From an uncultured Hormoscilla sp. (GTDB lineage: Bacteria > Cyanobacteriota > Cyanobacteriia > Cyanobacteriales > Desertifilaceae), in contig OZ001293.3 in assembly GCA_963921275.4 (NCBI GenBank), positions 5,184,001 through 5,248,000 on the forward strand: DNA of 64,000 bases, given 5' to 3'. Made by a program: the position numbers and the translations under genes. The first letter of the stretch is position 1; every line of letters begins with the position of its first letter. Positions 32,277-43,005 of the stretch are shown here, in pieces. Under the pieces are notes generated by a model, which saw nothing but the letters and a program-made list of their open reading frames with translations, searched no databases and was not told the DNA's origin.

Positions 32277-33914
32277 TTAAGGTGATGGGACTGTCCACCA
32301 GGCTAAGGCATAGGGTTGTTCTGGTTCGTTAAGCTGTTGGCGATACTGGACGCGGATTTTATAACGGCCTGCGATCCGAATGCGGTGGAAAATATGTTCT
32401 ACGCTGTCTACTGGGCTAACTGAGGACCAAATGCTTTTTCTGATGTCATTTTCTGCTGCTGGCATCAGGTATAGTTCCAGGTTGTTTAAGCCCCTATCCT
32501 GAAATGTTTCCCCAACGTCATACTCGCTGTTATTGTTGGCATCTTCTAGTTCTACCCGTCGATTCCATGCTAAGATGATACTCACTATACTCCCAGACAC
32601 CAAGGGTCGATCTAATACATAGTCCTTAAAGGTACTGTCATTCCCCTCTACTGTATTGTAATCCCAGCCTACTGGGGGCGCTGGCGCTTCTGGACCCCAC
32701 TGACCGGGACTAAATTGCTGGTAGGCACGATAGGCATTTAGATGACCGGCTCCTACTTGAATATCCAGGGGAATTTTTTGATTGTAAAAGGCTTCGGAGG
32801 CTAACCAGGAATGGTGATTTTGATCGAGAAGGGTGCGACTCATACCCAGGTTGAACCCGTCACCCCGGTCTTCTATTTTATTAGCAGAATTTAGCATTAC
32901 TGCTTTCATGACTTCGTGACGGCGGGCATCCAGAGTCCATTGAACTGAGGTTTGGCCTGAATTGGCTATTTGCCTGTCTCCATATTCCTGTAGTAGGGCC
33001 AAGGTAGCAGTTGCGTGGGGGGCGGCAAAACTGGTGCCGCTGGCGCGGCTAATGCTACCGTCTAGGTTCACTAAGGGGATTTGATTGCCCGGTGCTACTA
33101 AACCGATCGATCGCCGATTGTCTATGTTAGTCTCCTGACCGATAATCCGCTTGGCAATCCCCACTTTCGGGTCGCCGATATTGGCAAAGTCGATTTTGCT
33201 GAATACTTCCTGTTCGCGCCTGCTAAAAGCCACATTGATGCCATTGTAGTTATCGGTAGGGATGGAAATGCCGCCTCGGCCCTGATTGCCCGCAATCACA
33301 TACAGGACATTGTGAACCCTAGCTGACCAGTCAATACATTGGGTCAGCAGGGCGTTGCCATCCAGAACGGCATTTGGCCGAGGGTCTTGACGCAAAGATT
33401 CGCCAAAACTAAAGTTGATCGCTCTGAGGTCGCCGCTATTTTGCATCGCTAGATGTTGAGTTGACAAGCATTCCTGTGGCTGTCCGCTGCGTCTGATCGG
33501 ACCCACTGCCGCTGAGTATAGCCTCGCTGCTGGGGCCACGCCGGGAAAGGCTTTATCTGAACTGATCATGATGCTGGCTACGTTTTGGGCGTGGCGATCG
33601 ACATGCTTATTAGTTTGGGCCTCATCATCCTGAAAGAACACCCGCGCTGGCCAAACCGCACGATTTTGGGCTACAGCTTTGTCGAGGCCAAACTTGCCTG
33701 GTCTGCCAATCTCTACTTGACCGATCGCTATCTTACGACCTCGCAAGTTATAGGGCGCTGCGTGCAGGCGCAGGGCATCGATCCCGGCGGATCCTACTGA
33801 TAAATCTTTTGATGCCAGCACTGGCCCAGGTACAGGGCACGCTGTACTCAGTCCCAAAATCAGGGATGCTAGTTTTTTCCATAGCTTCTGGCCGTTCAAG
33901 TCAGATCCTCCCAC
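32277..33914 (-). CDS. S8 (subtilisin-like) serine peptidase, secreted
   Basis: 'IGQVE', 'HAQNVA', 'IAGN', 'SGTSFAAPH'. Confidence 0.88.
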   Translation of the reverse strand: MGGSDLNGQKLWKKLASLILGLSTACPVPGPVLASKDLSVGSAGIDALRLHAAPYNLRGRKIAIGQVEIGRPGKFGLDKAVAQNRAVWPARVFFQDDEAQTNKHVDRHAQNVASIMISSDKAFPGVAPAARLYSAAVGPIRRSGQPQECLSTQHLAMQNSGDLRAINFSFGESLRQDPRPNAVLDGNALLTQCIDWSARVHNVLYVIAGNQGRGGISIPTDNYNGINVAFSRREQEVFSKIDFANIGDPKVGIAKRIIGQETNIDNRRSIGLVAPGNQIPLVNLDGSISRASGTSFAAPHATATLALLQEYGDRQIANSGQTSVQWTLDARRHEVMKAVMLNSANKIEDRGDGFNLGMSRTLLDQNHHSWLASEAFYNQKIPLDIQVGAGHLNAYRAYQQFSPGQWGPEAPAPPVGWDYNTVEGNDSTFKDYVLDRPLVSGSIVSIILAWNRRVELEDANNNSEYDVGETFQDRGLNNLELYLMPAAENDIRKSIWSSVSPVDSVEHIFHRIRIAGRYKIRVQYRQQLNEPEQPYALAWWTVPSP

Positions 33915-34159
33915 ATGTTAAGTAAGTAGTATGACAAAATTAATTACACATAATTGATGGGCTCAAACCAGATCCTGCAAGAAAGTAATGTGTAAATATT
34001 TCTGTCCATGTACTTAGTTCGTAGTTCGAGATTGCTTCGTACCTCGCAACGCTACGCGGTTCGTAGTTTGAAGAAGAGAGCTTCAAATTGCCACAGAGCA
34101 GGGTTACAGCCTTGTTGAATTTACTTGACAATATGAAAACAATTATACCTTACTACTTA

Positions 34160-34275
34160 TAGCGAACCTAAATCATTGTGTAAATTTTGGCCTGGCAGCG
34201 AACGCAGATAAAACCCTTATCTGGCAAGGCTTTCATTGAAATATCCCAGTTGCACAACTCATGAACGGCTTGCTA
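34160..34275. mobile_element. About 115-bp MITE related to 12631-12744
   Basis: TA-bounded imperfect inverted ends TAGCGAACCTAAATCATTGTG...CACAACTCATGAACGGCTTGCTA. Confidence 0.6.
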
Positions 34276-34374
34276 TATAAGGTAGATGCATAGGGAGAAT
34301 TTACATTTTTTTTTCGGGTAATCCTAAAGATTTTGTTAAACTTACATCTGGAAAGCAGGAGAACATCTATTGCC

Positions 34375-35070
34375 ATGTCCAAGCCCATTGTTATTGCCCC
34401 ATCTATTTTATCAGCCGACTTTAGCCGTCTGGGAGCGGAAGTGCAAGCTGTCGATGCAGCTGGTGCTGACTGGATTCATGTGGATGTCATGGATGGTCGG
34501 TTTGTCCCTAATATAACCATAGGTCCCCTGATTGTGGATGCTCTGCGTCCTGTGACCAAGAAGCCTTTGGATGTCCACTTGATGATTGTGGAGCCGGAGA
34601 AATATGTGGCAGATTTTGCCAAAGCCGGTGCGGATATTATTTCTGTCCATGCCGAGCATAACGCTTCTCCGCACTTGCATCGCACTCTCGGTCAGATTAA
34701 GGAACTGGGTAAGCAGGCGGGTGTGGTCCTCAATCCCTCGACACCCCTAGAATTAATTGAGTATGTCCTGGAGATCTGCGATTTGGTGCTGATCATGAGT
34801 GTTAACCCCGGTTTTGGGGGCCAGAGTTTTATCCCGGCGGTGGTGGATAAAATCCGCAAGCTGCGCCGGATGTGCGACGATCGAGGACTGGATCCCTGGA
34901 TTGAAGTGGATGGCGGTCTGAAGGTAAATAATACTTGGCAGGTGTTGGAAGTTGGTGCCAATGCGATTGTTGCCGGTTCTGCGGTGTTCAAAGCCCCTGA
35001 TTATGCCGAGGCGATCGAGGGAATTCGCCATAGTCAGCGTCCCGTAGTACGAGAATTGGTCACGGCCTAG
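34375..35070 (+). CDS. rpe: Ribulose-phosphate 3-epimerase
   Basis: '[10 protein letters not shown]', '[14 protein letters not shown]', '[10 protein letters not shown]', 'EVDGG'. Confidence 0.98.
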   Translation: MSKPIVIAPSILSADFSRLGAEVQAVDAAGADWIHVDVMDGRFVPNITIGPLIVDALRPVTKKPLDVHLMIVEPEKYVADFAKAGADIISVHAEHNASPHLHRTLGQIKELGKQAGVVLNPSTPLELIEYVLEICDLVLIMSVNPGFGGQSFIPAVVDKIRKLRRMCDDRGLDPWIEVDGGLKVNNTWQVLEVGANAIVAGSAVFKAPDYAEAIEGIRHSQRPVVRELVTA

Positions 35071-35144
35071 ACGTTCGTACTAAGGACTAAAGTATTACCG
35101 CGAGTCGTTCGTAGTAAGGACTTTAGTCCTTGCCGTGGGTCGTG

Positions 35145-36964
35145 CTATGCACTTGTGCTGTTCGCCATGGGAGAGGGTAGAAATCCGGGGTAGCATTCCC
35201 CTCGGCGTTGATTGTGTCGTCCGATTACCTCTTCTATCTTTTCCAGACGATGTTGAAACATTTTCAGAACCCGAATTGCTCGCGGGTCTTGAAAACTGCG
35301 ATCGCCAAAATTTGTAAATGCATTTGGATCGAGCTTGACGCCGACTGCTGTCAGGAATTGGAGCTGAACAAGAGTTAATTCTGTATCAGGGAGAAACCCA
35401 CTGATATCTGCTTCACTAACTGTTCCTTTGACGTTAGGGAGCGGCTGATAGATGGATCCAGGCATGTTGGGGACAAAGGTCGAGTAATCGTCTTGCAGCC
35501 AGGCTATGGCTAAGTGTTGAGGACCAGCAGTAAAAATGATTTGTGCGAGCAGGTCAACTAACTGGTTGCGATTAGTCAGACGCTCTGGTAGAAAAACTAC
35601 TCCCAAACCGCCATCGCTAATGGGGGTTCGTAAAGCTTGGAGCCAATTTTGCAGCTCAACATCCTGATGGACATCTATCGAGGTTTTATAGTAAATCCTG
35701 ACATATTGAGTAACATAGTCCCGCAGAGCCTCCCAGATCGGCAACCAGTCGTCACGATAGGGGAAGTTAGGCAACTGTTCGCGATCGTTGACGCCGCGCA
35801 AGTGCAAATTGTTGGGGAAGGCAAAGTCGCTGAAGTTACTAAATAGTTCCGAAGTGCCTTGATTGACAAGGTTGAGGGAATTTTCTAAAATACCTGGTAA
35901 AGTTAAGTCGGCAAATTCCTCTGGATTGATGAGTACCCGATCGCCAAGGGCATTGATCGCCATTGTAAACTCAAAATGGGGCTGCAAAAGCACATACAAG
36001 GGATGGTTCTGGGCAAGTTCCCGTGCAGTTGCCAGTGCGATGGGTTCCAAAGCAAGATGAGTTTGACCCAGGTGGCGTATGAGTTCAAAGATGCTGAGTT
36101 CAGCCATCTGGGCGACGATCTTAGCTAGAGTCCAGTCTACCCCATCCAGAGGCGTGCAGAGCAAACTCCCCCCTGGCACCTGTCCCAACTGGATCGCAAT
36201 CGGAATCAAGGGCGATCGGGGGTTGCGGCGATCTGCAAAATAGAGGGAAATGGGGCTAGTAAGAAATCGGCCTGCTTGCGGGGTAAGATTATCAAGTGCC
36301 GCATAATCAGTAACAAACATAGATCCCGATCGAATAGCGCTGTTCAGGGTTTCTCCTACATCACCAACCACGGCCCGAAAAATTTCATTTGTTATGGCAA
36401 TTTTGTCGCGAATGCGGTAATTGGGTGCCAAAACATTGGTCAGTTCCATGGGATTGGTGCCAGAAAGCCGCTGCTGGGCAAATGTAGCATTCTGGCGTCC
36501 ACTGGTGGCAACATCTGGCAGGGGCAGGATGGGAAAGACAGCCCCGTAGTCCTCCAGACTGCGAAAAGGCACGGGATTTTCTAGAAATGCCTCTTGATTG
36601 GCTGCAAGTTGGGATCCCAAGATTTCCCTGTTAGCTTGATACTTTTCAGAAAAGGCTTCCTGAGGAGGTAAATTAGCGACGCGGACAACATTTGGCAGCC
36701 TCGTCACTAACTGATATTCTTGGCGTGCCTGTTGCAGCTGCTGTTGACGTCTTAGTCTGGCTATAGGTCGATCATCTTGGGGCAAGGATGGGATCTGCCG
36801 ATTTCTGGGTACAGTAAGTCTTGAGGTTTCATTGCTATAGGTCAGCAAAGCTTCCAGACCCGGGGGGCGCAGGCAAAACCCATCAGCGCTAGCATGGTGC
36901 GGCGCGATAGGACGTATTGATGCCTTAATTGTTCATGACGTTGGCGTCTAGTTGGAAATCCCAT
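35145..36964 (-). pseudogene. Lipoxygenase with Tat-like leader, frameshifted in a C6 run
   Basis: LOX motifs 'QQRLSGTNP', 'PIAIQL', 'HLGQTH', 'HPL', 'PYRDD', 'GPQH'; upstream ATG at 36964 gives MGFP...SRRTMLALMGFACAP out of frame with the 567-aa ORF. Confidence 0.8.
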
Positions 36965-37068
36965 TATCCCATTCCCTGTTCTCTCTTAACAGTTAAATTT
37001 TGCTCATTCAAATTAGCTAAAAACGAGGAAAATGACTCATTCGGCGATTCCTTATTCCCCCTAGGGGT

Positions 37069-37383
37069 TTAATCTAGATAACCCATCATGTCATCCTCAT
37101 CAATGTTGTTAGAAGCGATCGGGCGGTTTCCTACGAGGGTCAATGTGTTGTCAACATCAATATTACTGTGAGCAACGGGGCGGTTACCCGAGACCATATA
37201 TGTCTGAGATACCTCCATTTTGCTGGAGACGATCGGGCGTTTCTCCCTCGGATCCAGAGTATTGCGCACCTCCAGACTGCTTGATTCAATGGGGCGGTTC
37301 CCTGGGAGAGGGGGTAAAGGTACTGACTTTTCGGTTTCCTTGGACATAGTATTGAGTTGAACTCCATTCTCTGTTGTCTTCAT
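37069..37383 (-). CDS. Small cyanobacterial hypothetical protein with (G)NRPI repeats
   Basis: Four NRPI/KRPI/NRPV repeats, ends 'MMGYLD'; start uncertain. Confidence 0.6.
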   Translation of the reverse strand: MKTTENGVQLNTMSKETEKSVPLPPLPGNRPIESSSLEVRNTLDPREKRPIVSSKMEVSQTYMVSGNRPVAHSNIDVDNTLTLVGNRPIASNNIDEDDMMGYLD

Positions 37384-37624
37384 ATCACCTTTGGCATTAA
37401 TTTCAAGGTTATCTACTGTTGCTGTTTTTCTGACTTGTCCTGGAAGGATCGCTTGGTGGTAGTGGCTTTGCCCTGCATGTCCGTTTCCACCGATGGCTAA
37501 TCGTAACAAGTCTGTTTTAACTCATATCTTACACCAGTCGCAATAACCTGCATCCGGTTAAAACAGAGTCTAAGAGCCAAAGTCCACAAAGCGTGGGCTA
37601 AATCCGCATCCTCCGAATGCTGGA

Positions 37625-37740
37625 GAGTGGGTTAAAACCCACTTGAGCTATTAGCCGTGGGTTACAACCCACGGCGGGCCTGTGTCACTTGACATACCTG
37701 AGAAAATACTCTATCATGTCTGTCAAGTGGCACAGGCCAG
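37625..37740. repeat. Cluster of REP-like palindromes
   Basis: AGTGGGTTAAAACCCACT, GCCGTGGGTTACAACCCACGGC and a long GGCCTGTGTCACTTGACA...TGTCAAGTGGCACAGGCC hairpin. Confidence 0.7.
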
Positions 37741-38007
37741 GGGTTTGCACGGCGGCGTAACCCTAAAGGTGCATGCCTGTGAGTTTTAATTTGTAGCTTC
37801 CCCAAGCAGGCGATCGCCACTGGGAAGGTGGTACAAGATTTATCCTCTCTACAATACTTAAGAAAATCTAACTACACTATTAGTGTAAGTTACAATTTCT
37901 AATAAAAACCCAAATTTATGTAAACTTTTGTAAAGAAACCTAGTCATGAGCGGTGAATGGAGACTGGTGCCTGGGGACCGGTAAGGGCTCGCGGTTTAAT
38001 AATCTAC

Positions 38008-38277
38008 TCAGAACTCCTCGTACAAGTCTTTCTATTCCGAGTTAATACTGTTGACTAAATCAATCTTTTTCTTCTGTTTCTCTCTCACGATCGCCTCCGT
38101 GATATCTTCTTAAATCTCGTAGTATACCAATTTATTAATATTGTACCTCTTGGTAAATCCTGCTATCAACTTTGATTTGTGTTCGTAAACTCTTCTATGT
38201 AAATCGTTCCTTACCCCCGTGTAAAGCACGGTGTTATACTTGTTGGTCATTATGTACAAATAACATTGTTTACTCAT
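38008..38277 (-). pseudogene. GIY-YIG nuclease (UPF0213/YazA-like), inactivated; missed by the ORF track
   Basis: Manual translation MSKQCYLYIMTNKYNTVLYTGVRNDLHRRVYEHK...GFTKRYNINKLVYYEI*...REKQ...KDLYEEF, with two in-frame stops. Confidence 0.8.
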
Positions 38278-38462
38278 GGCTGTTCAGTTTGTCATTTCTT
38301 CGCTAAACATATTTCTCACTTAACCCCCCCGCTAGTGTAGCGGCACGACGCAGGAGCGCTAGCAATCTCCTCAATTACCGGTCGGAGCTAAACATATTTC
38401 TCACTTATATCAAATCCAGTTAATTAACCTAAAAGCGCTCAGTAATCCATAGGATAAACCTC

Positions 38463-38775
38463 ATGCCGCGACGTATCAAGCTCGAACCCCACCTAAGTCC
38501 TGAAGAACTCGTTGCCCGCTATGGAAGTGCCAAAAACGGCGTCGAACGCAGTCACTATCAAATTATTTGGCTGTTAACAACAGATAAAACAACGCGGGAA
38601 GTCGCCGAAATCACTGGCTACAGTCGAGCCTGGTTGTATGATTTAGTCAAGAGCTACAACCTCCAAGGAGCCAAAGCCCTCGGAGATATCCGACAACACA
38701 ATCGCGGGACGCAAGCCCTTACTTGATGAAGTACAACTTGCACAACTGTGGCAGGCTCTGCAAGAGCAGCCTTCG
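38463..38775 (+). pseudogene. IS630-like transposase N-terminal HTH fragment
   Basis: 'ERSHYQIIWLL...EVAEITGYSRAW..LVKSYN..G..ALGD.R..N.G'. Confidence 0.7.
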
Positions 38776-38916
38776 TATACGCAGTTAGGGGGCTGGGGGG
38801 GATCGCCCGCTATCGACCAGAGGAAAAAATTGCTCTACTCTATCAACTACTTTTGACCGCACCCGATGTCACCTTATTGCTCGCAAGCTGTCACCTTTGA
38901 CAAACAGTGACATTGA

Positions 38917-38951
38917 AAAACCGGTTTCTGTGGAGTTACAGAAACCGGTTT
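38917..38951. terminator. Likely intrinsic terminator downstream of the Ig-repeat gene array
   Basis: AAAAACCGGTTTCTGT...ACAGAAACCGGTTTT hairpin about 50 bp past the stop at 39004. Confidence 0.55.
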
Positions 38952-39003
38952 TGCTTAGCGCCTAAGCACAATTAAGCGTTGTTGACTTTTGGTCCGTGGA
39001 CTG

Positions 39004-42000
39004 TCAAATTTCTCCAATGAAGATCCTGCTTTCGATTGTGTTTGTTGTATCGCTAGAGATGTTGACACTGAAATTGTCACCTGCAGTGAGGGTAAAAATA
39101 GGCTGACTAGGAATGGGTTGTGTAACCCTTACGTTGCCAAATCCGGAGGTAAGCTGGATGAAATCTTCTGTGGTATTAAAGTCCTGGATAGTATCAGAAG
39201 TTGCTCTTAAGCTATCAGACTCATCCTGGAAGTAGAAGATATCAGCGCCTGCACCTCCTTCCAATCGATCGCTTCCTAGACCGCCAATCAGAATATCAGC
39301 ATTACCCGAACCTGTCAACTCGTCAATACCGCTTGTATTGCTAGTGCCAACCAGGAGGAGTTGAGAGTCGGCGACGATAGGTTCTGCTGTCAAGTCTAAT
39401 GGGCGAGAATTAGTTGTGCTAGCCAACACATCGACAGTCACTGTTGCTGTTGCAGTATTAGCACCATTGCTGATGGTGTAGGTGAACTCATCATCAGCAG
39501 TTCCGGTGAATGTTATGTTATTTCCGCGGACGCCGACGGTATTGACAGGATCTACATCATCACCTAAAGTGATGGTCATAGAACTGTTATTGGTGTCATT
39601 GTCATTCAGCAATACTGGAATGGTCGTTGTTTCACCGGAGATGACGATCGCGAAATCATTATTGGCAGTAATTTGCTGGTTCCCGCCTAGCCTGACAGTA
39701 ACAGTAGCTGTATCCGTCTCGCCACCGCCATCCACGATCGTGTAGGTGAAGGTGTCCGTGCCCTCAAATGCTGTATTGATGCCAGCAGAAACTGTGTAGA
39801 TTAAGCCACTGCGATCGCTATTGACTGTTACAGTTCCAAGAGAGGAAGTATTGATCGTGGTGTTTGCGTTCTGAGAGATCCGAAGCCTCTCACCATTGGG
39901 ATCGGAGTCGTTATTCAGAACCGCCAGGGTTGCAGAACCCCTTGCTGGAATGATGAACCTATCATTAATCGCGGATGGCCGCTGGTTGCTGCCCACTGTT
40001 ATCGTTACTCGGGCCGTATCTGTCAAGGCTGTACCGTCACTTAGAGTTTCGTTGCCAGCTATAGTGTAGGTGAAGGTATCTGTGCCAATAAAACCATCCC
40101 TGGGATCGTAGACTAGCAAGTCATCAGTTCGGTCATTAGGGGTACCACCATTATTACGGGTAACAGTACCGTTAGATCCTTGACCGAAGCCCCTCAGTGA
40201 TGGATCCCCTGTTTGGTCCCTGTCATTGGCTAAGACATCGATCGTGGTGGCAGTGCCCTCGGAAGTGCTAGTTGTGTCCCGTAAAGCATTGGGAGGCACA
40301 ATATCCCCAAAAACCACGCGGATAGTTGCAGTTGAGGTTAACCCCCCTGCATCGCTGATGGTGTAGACAACCGTATCATTGCCCTCGAAAGTCTCTAAAC
40401 CACTGGCTGCAGTATAGGTGACCTGATTATCTGAAATAGCGACCCTGCCCAAAGAAGAAGAATTGTCCGCGCCAATAACTCTAAGAATGTCACCTATATC
40501 AGGGTCAGAATCATTTTCCAGCACATCAATAGTGTTAGTGATATTCGACGATCCTGAGATGGTTACCATGTCATTAACGGCTGTCGGCCCCGTGTTTTCA
40601 TCAATTGTCACCGTGACTGTCCCTGAGTCCGTACCTCCTTGGCCATCGGTGATGGTGTAGGTAAAGCTGTCCGTACCCACAAACTCTGTCTCTGTATTTT
40701 GAGGCGCGGTGTAGACTACCCCGTTATTGGAGATGGCAACGGTACCGCCATTTGCCGTTGAGGTTTGCACGCTGTCAACGGTGAGAGGATCGCGATCGGG
40801 GTCCGAGTCATTGGCTAGCAAATCGAGCGACTGAGCGCCACCCCCAGCAGTCACAGTTACCGTATCATTCACCGCCACTGGAGGCTGATTGCCCCCTACC
40901 TGGACTCTAATCGTCGCTGACTGCGTGCCTCCGCTGCCATCGCTGATACTGTAAGTGAAGCTTTCTGTACCAGAGAATGGCTGCCCATTCGGCATAGTCC
41001 GAGGGATATAGATTACCTGGTTATTCTCATCCAGGGTAGCGGTGCCATTATCTGGTGGGCTGATGCCCAGAATTTGCAACGAGTTTCCATCTGGATCGCT
41101 GTCGTTGTCCAGAACTGCGATCGTGGCCGTTGCTAGGGTTTGGATGGTACTACGGTCATCGATGGCTACTGGCGGTTGGTTTGTCAGCACTGTGACTGTT
41201 GCTGTATCTGTACGGCCATCGTTGTTGGTAATGGTGTAAGTGAAGGTATCCGTTCCCCCAGTAGCCCTGAAGCTACTATTGGGTTCGTAGATCACCACGT
41301 CATCGGCAGGGTTCTCTAGCGTGCCACTATCAAAGATGCGAGCGCTACCTCGTCCTGGAACACTCACTCCTGTGATAGTAAAGCTGCCATCTGGATCTGA
41401 GTCGTTAGCGCGTACATCGATCTCGATTGCTGCTTGGCCAGCAACTACTGTTGCCGTGTCATTATTTGCTACCAGTGACAGAGATCCTACTGCCACCGTC
41501 ACTGTGGCCGTATCTACCCCACCGTTGCCGTCACTGACTGTGTAGACGAAGCTGTCTATGCCACCGAAAGTTGCCGCTGGTGTGTATACTACCTCGTTGC
41601 CACTGAGGCTGAGGGTACCTCCATTTGGGGTGCCGCTGCCGATGCCCGATATGAAAAGGCTATCTTCATCTGCGTCAGTATCGTTAGCCAGCACATCGAT
41701 AGTTACAGCAGTCGCCAAGGCTGTGACTGCACTATCATCCACTGCTACTGGAGGTTGGGGACCGCCAATTGTGACTATCACTGTGGACGATGCTGTCCCC
41801 CCGCTCCCGTCACTGATGGTATAGAAGAATGCGTCTGTTACACGCACCAATGCGCTTGCTGCTGAATTCGTGGCTGGGGTGTATATCACCTGGTCTCCAC
41901 GAATCGCTGTGCTGCCATTGAGAGGGTCGCTGATGCCTACGATACTCAATTGCTGGCCATTCGGGTCGCTGTCGTTCTCTAGCACTGAGATGGAGGCCGT

Positions 42001-42897
42001 TCCTCCTGCTGGGATGGTGGTCCTGTCTCGGGCCGCGATCGGGTCTTGGTTTTCCACTACTGTCACATTCACCGTCGCCTGGTCCGTACCTCCGTTCCCG
42101 TCAGTTATGGTGTAGTTGAAGGTATCGGTACCGGTGAATGTCGTTTCGTTGGGGGTATATACTACCTGGGAGTCAACAATGCTCACCGTGCCGTTAGTAC
42201 CATTGCTGACGCTAGCGATCGACAGCACGTCTCTATCAAAATCGCTGTCATTTGCTAGCACATCTATCCTGTTGGCAATACCCGCGATCGCCTCTACCGT
42301 ATCCGCCACTGCATCGGGAGGCTGGTTGCCACCGACCGTCACCGTTACCGAGGCTGTTCCTGTCTCACCACGACTGTCAGTTATTGTGTAGATAAAGCTG
42401 TCTACCCCTGAGAATGTTGACTCTGCGGGGTTGTAGACCAACTGGTCGGAGCTAATGATCACAGCCCCGTTTGTTGGAGTTCCTACACCAGTTATCGAGA
42501 AGGAGTCTCCATCCGCGTCCGAGTCATTGGCCAGAACTGGTATTGTTGCTGTTCCACCCTCTGGGATCGTCGTCGAGTCTGGTGCTGCCGTCGGGGGACT
42601 GTTAAAGATAAAGTTTTCTGCACTCAGCTGTCCGAGAGTGATCCCGGCCAGAGTGAGAGTGAAGAATGGAGTATCAAACCTCACCCCGCCAATTATTGAG
42701 CTTGCTACTGCTAGCATGACCTCAGCGGTCAGTTCTGGAAATTCTCTAAGATTCAGAATGTCTCCAGTTTCAAACCCGATCGCCTGGTATATAGGTAATG
42801 CGTCGCCGCTTCGACCTACCACCACTACATCGTCTTCACCGATAGTCTCTAACAGATTTGCAGAGGTTGTCTCTGGTGTGAGATTAAAGGTTGCCAT
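39004..42897 (-). CDS. Acidic tandem Ig-like (cadherin-like/Big_9-type) repeat protein with RTX-like C-terminus, 1297 aa
   Basis: About 10-11 repeats 'N.PP.A..D...I.VL.NDSDPDG...DTFTYTI.DG.G..ATVTV'; C-terminal GGLGSD/GGAGAD motifs. Confidence 0.9.
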   Translation of the reverse strand: MATFNLTPETTSANLLETIGEDDVVVVGRSGDALPIYQAIGFETGDILNLREFPELTAEVMLAVASSIIGGVRFDTPFFTLTLAGITLGQLSAENFIFNSPPTAAPDSTTIPEGGTATIPVLANDSDADGDSFSITGVGTPTNGAVIISSDQLVYNPAESTFSGVDSFIYTITDSRGETGTASVTVTVGGNQPPDAVADTVEAIAGIANRIDVLANDSDFDRDVLSIASVSNGTNGTVSIVDSQVVYTPNETTFTGTDTFNYTITDGNGGTDQATVNVTVVENQDPIAARDRTTIPAGGTASISVLENDSDPNGQQLSIVGISDPLNGSTAIRGDQVIYTPATNSAASALVRVTDAFFYTISDGSGGTASSTVIVTIGGPQPPVAVDDSAVTALATAVTIDVLANDTDADEDSLFISGIGSGTPNGGTLSLSGNEVVYTPAATFGGIDSFVYTVSDGNGGVDTATVTVAVGSLSLVANNDTATVVAGQAAIEIDVRANDSDPDGSFTITGVSVPGRGSARIFDSGTLENPADDVVIYEPNSSFRATGGTDTFTYTITNNDGRTDTATVTVLTNQPPVAIDDRSTIQTLATATIAVLDNDSDPDGNSLQILGISPPDNGTATLDENNQVIYIPRTMPNGQPFSGTESFTYSISDGSGGTQSATIRVQVGGNQPPVAVNDTVTVTAGGGAQSLDLLANDSDPDRDPLTVDSVQTSTANGGTVAISNNGVVYTAPQNTETEFVGTDSFTYTITDGQGGTDSGTVTVTIDENTGPTAVNDMVTISGSSNITNTIDVLENDSDPDIGDILRVIGADNSSSLGRVAISDNQVTYTAASGLETFEGNDTVVYTISDAGGLTSTATIRVVFGDIVPPNALRDTTSTSEGTATTIDVLANDRDQTGDPSLRGFGQGSNGTVTRNNGGTPNDRTDDLLVYDPRDGFIGTDTFTYTIAGNETLSDGTALTDTARVTITVGSNQRPSAINDRFIIPARGSATLAVLNNDSDPNGERLRISQNANTTINTSSLGTVTVNSDRSGLIYTVSAGINTAFEGTDTFTYTIVDGGGETDTATVTVRLGGNQQITANNDFAIVISGETTTIPVLLNDNDTNNSSMTITLGDDVDPVNTVGVRGNNITFTGTADDEFTYTISNGANTATATVTVDVLASTTNSRPLDLTAEPIVADSQLLLVGTSNTSGIDELTGSGNADILIGGLGSDRLEGGAGADIFYFQDESDSLRATSDTIQDFNTTEDFIQLTSGFGNVRVTQPIPSQPIFTLTAGDNFSVNISSDTTNTIESRIFIGEI

Positions 42898-43005
42898 GTT
42901 TTTTGTTGCCTCACTAAGTACAATAACTACTGAACCAATTTATTTTTATGCTTTTTTTACCTTCCTTTTTTGACTTGCTGCTGGACTGCCAATTCAACCA
43001 GCTTT

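Noticed and set aside
35071..35133. GTTCGTA(G/C)TAAGGACT(T/A)(T/A)AGT pair downstream of rpe
   Set aside because: Ordinary REP-like intergenic repeat, two copies only, not an array
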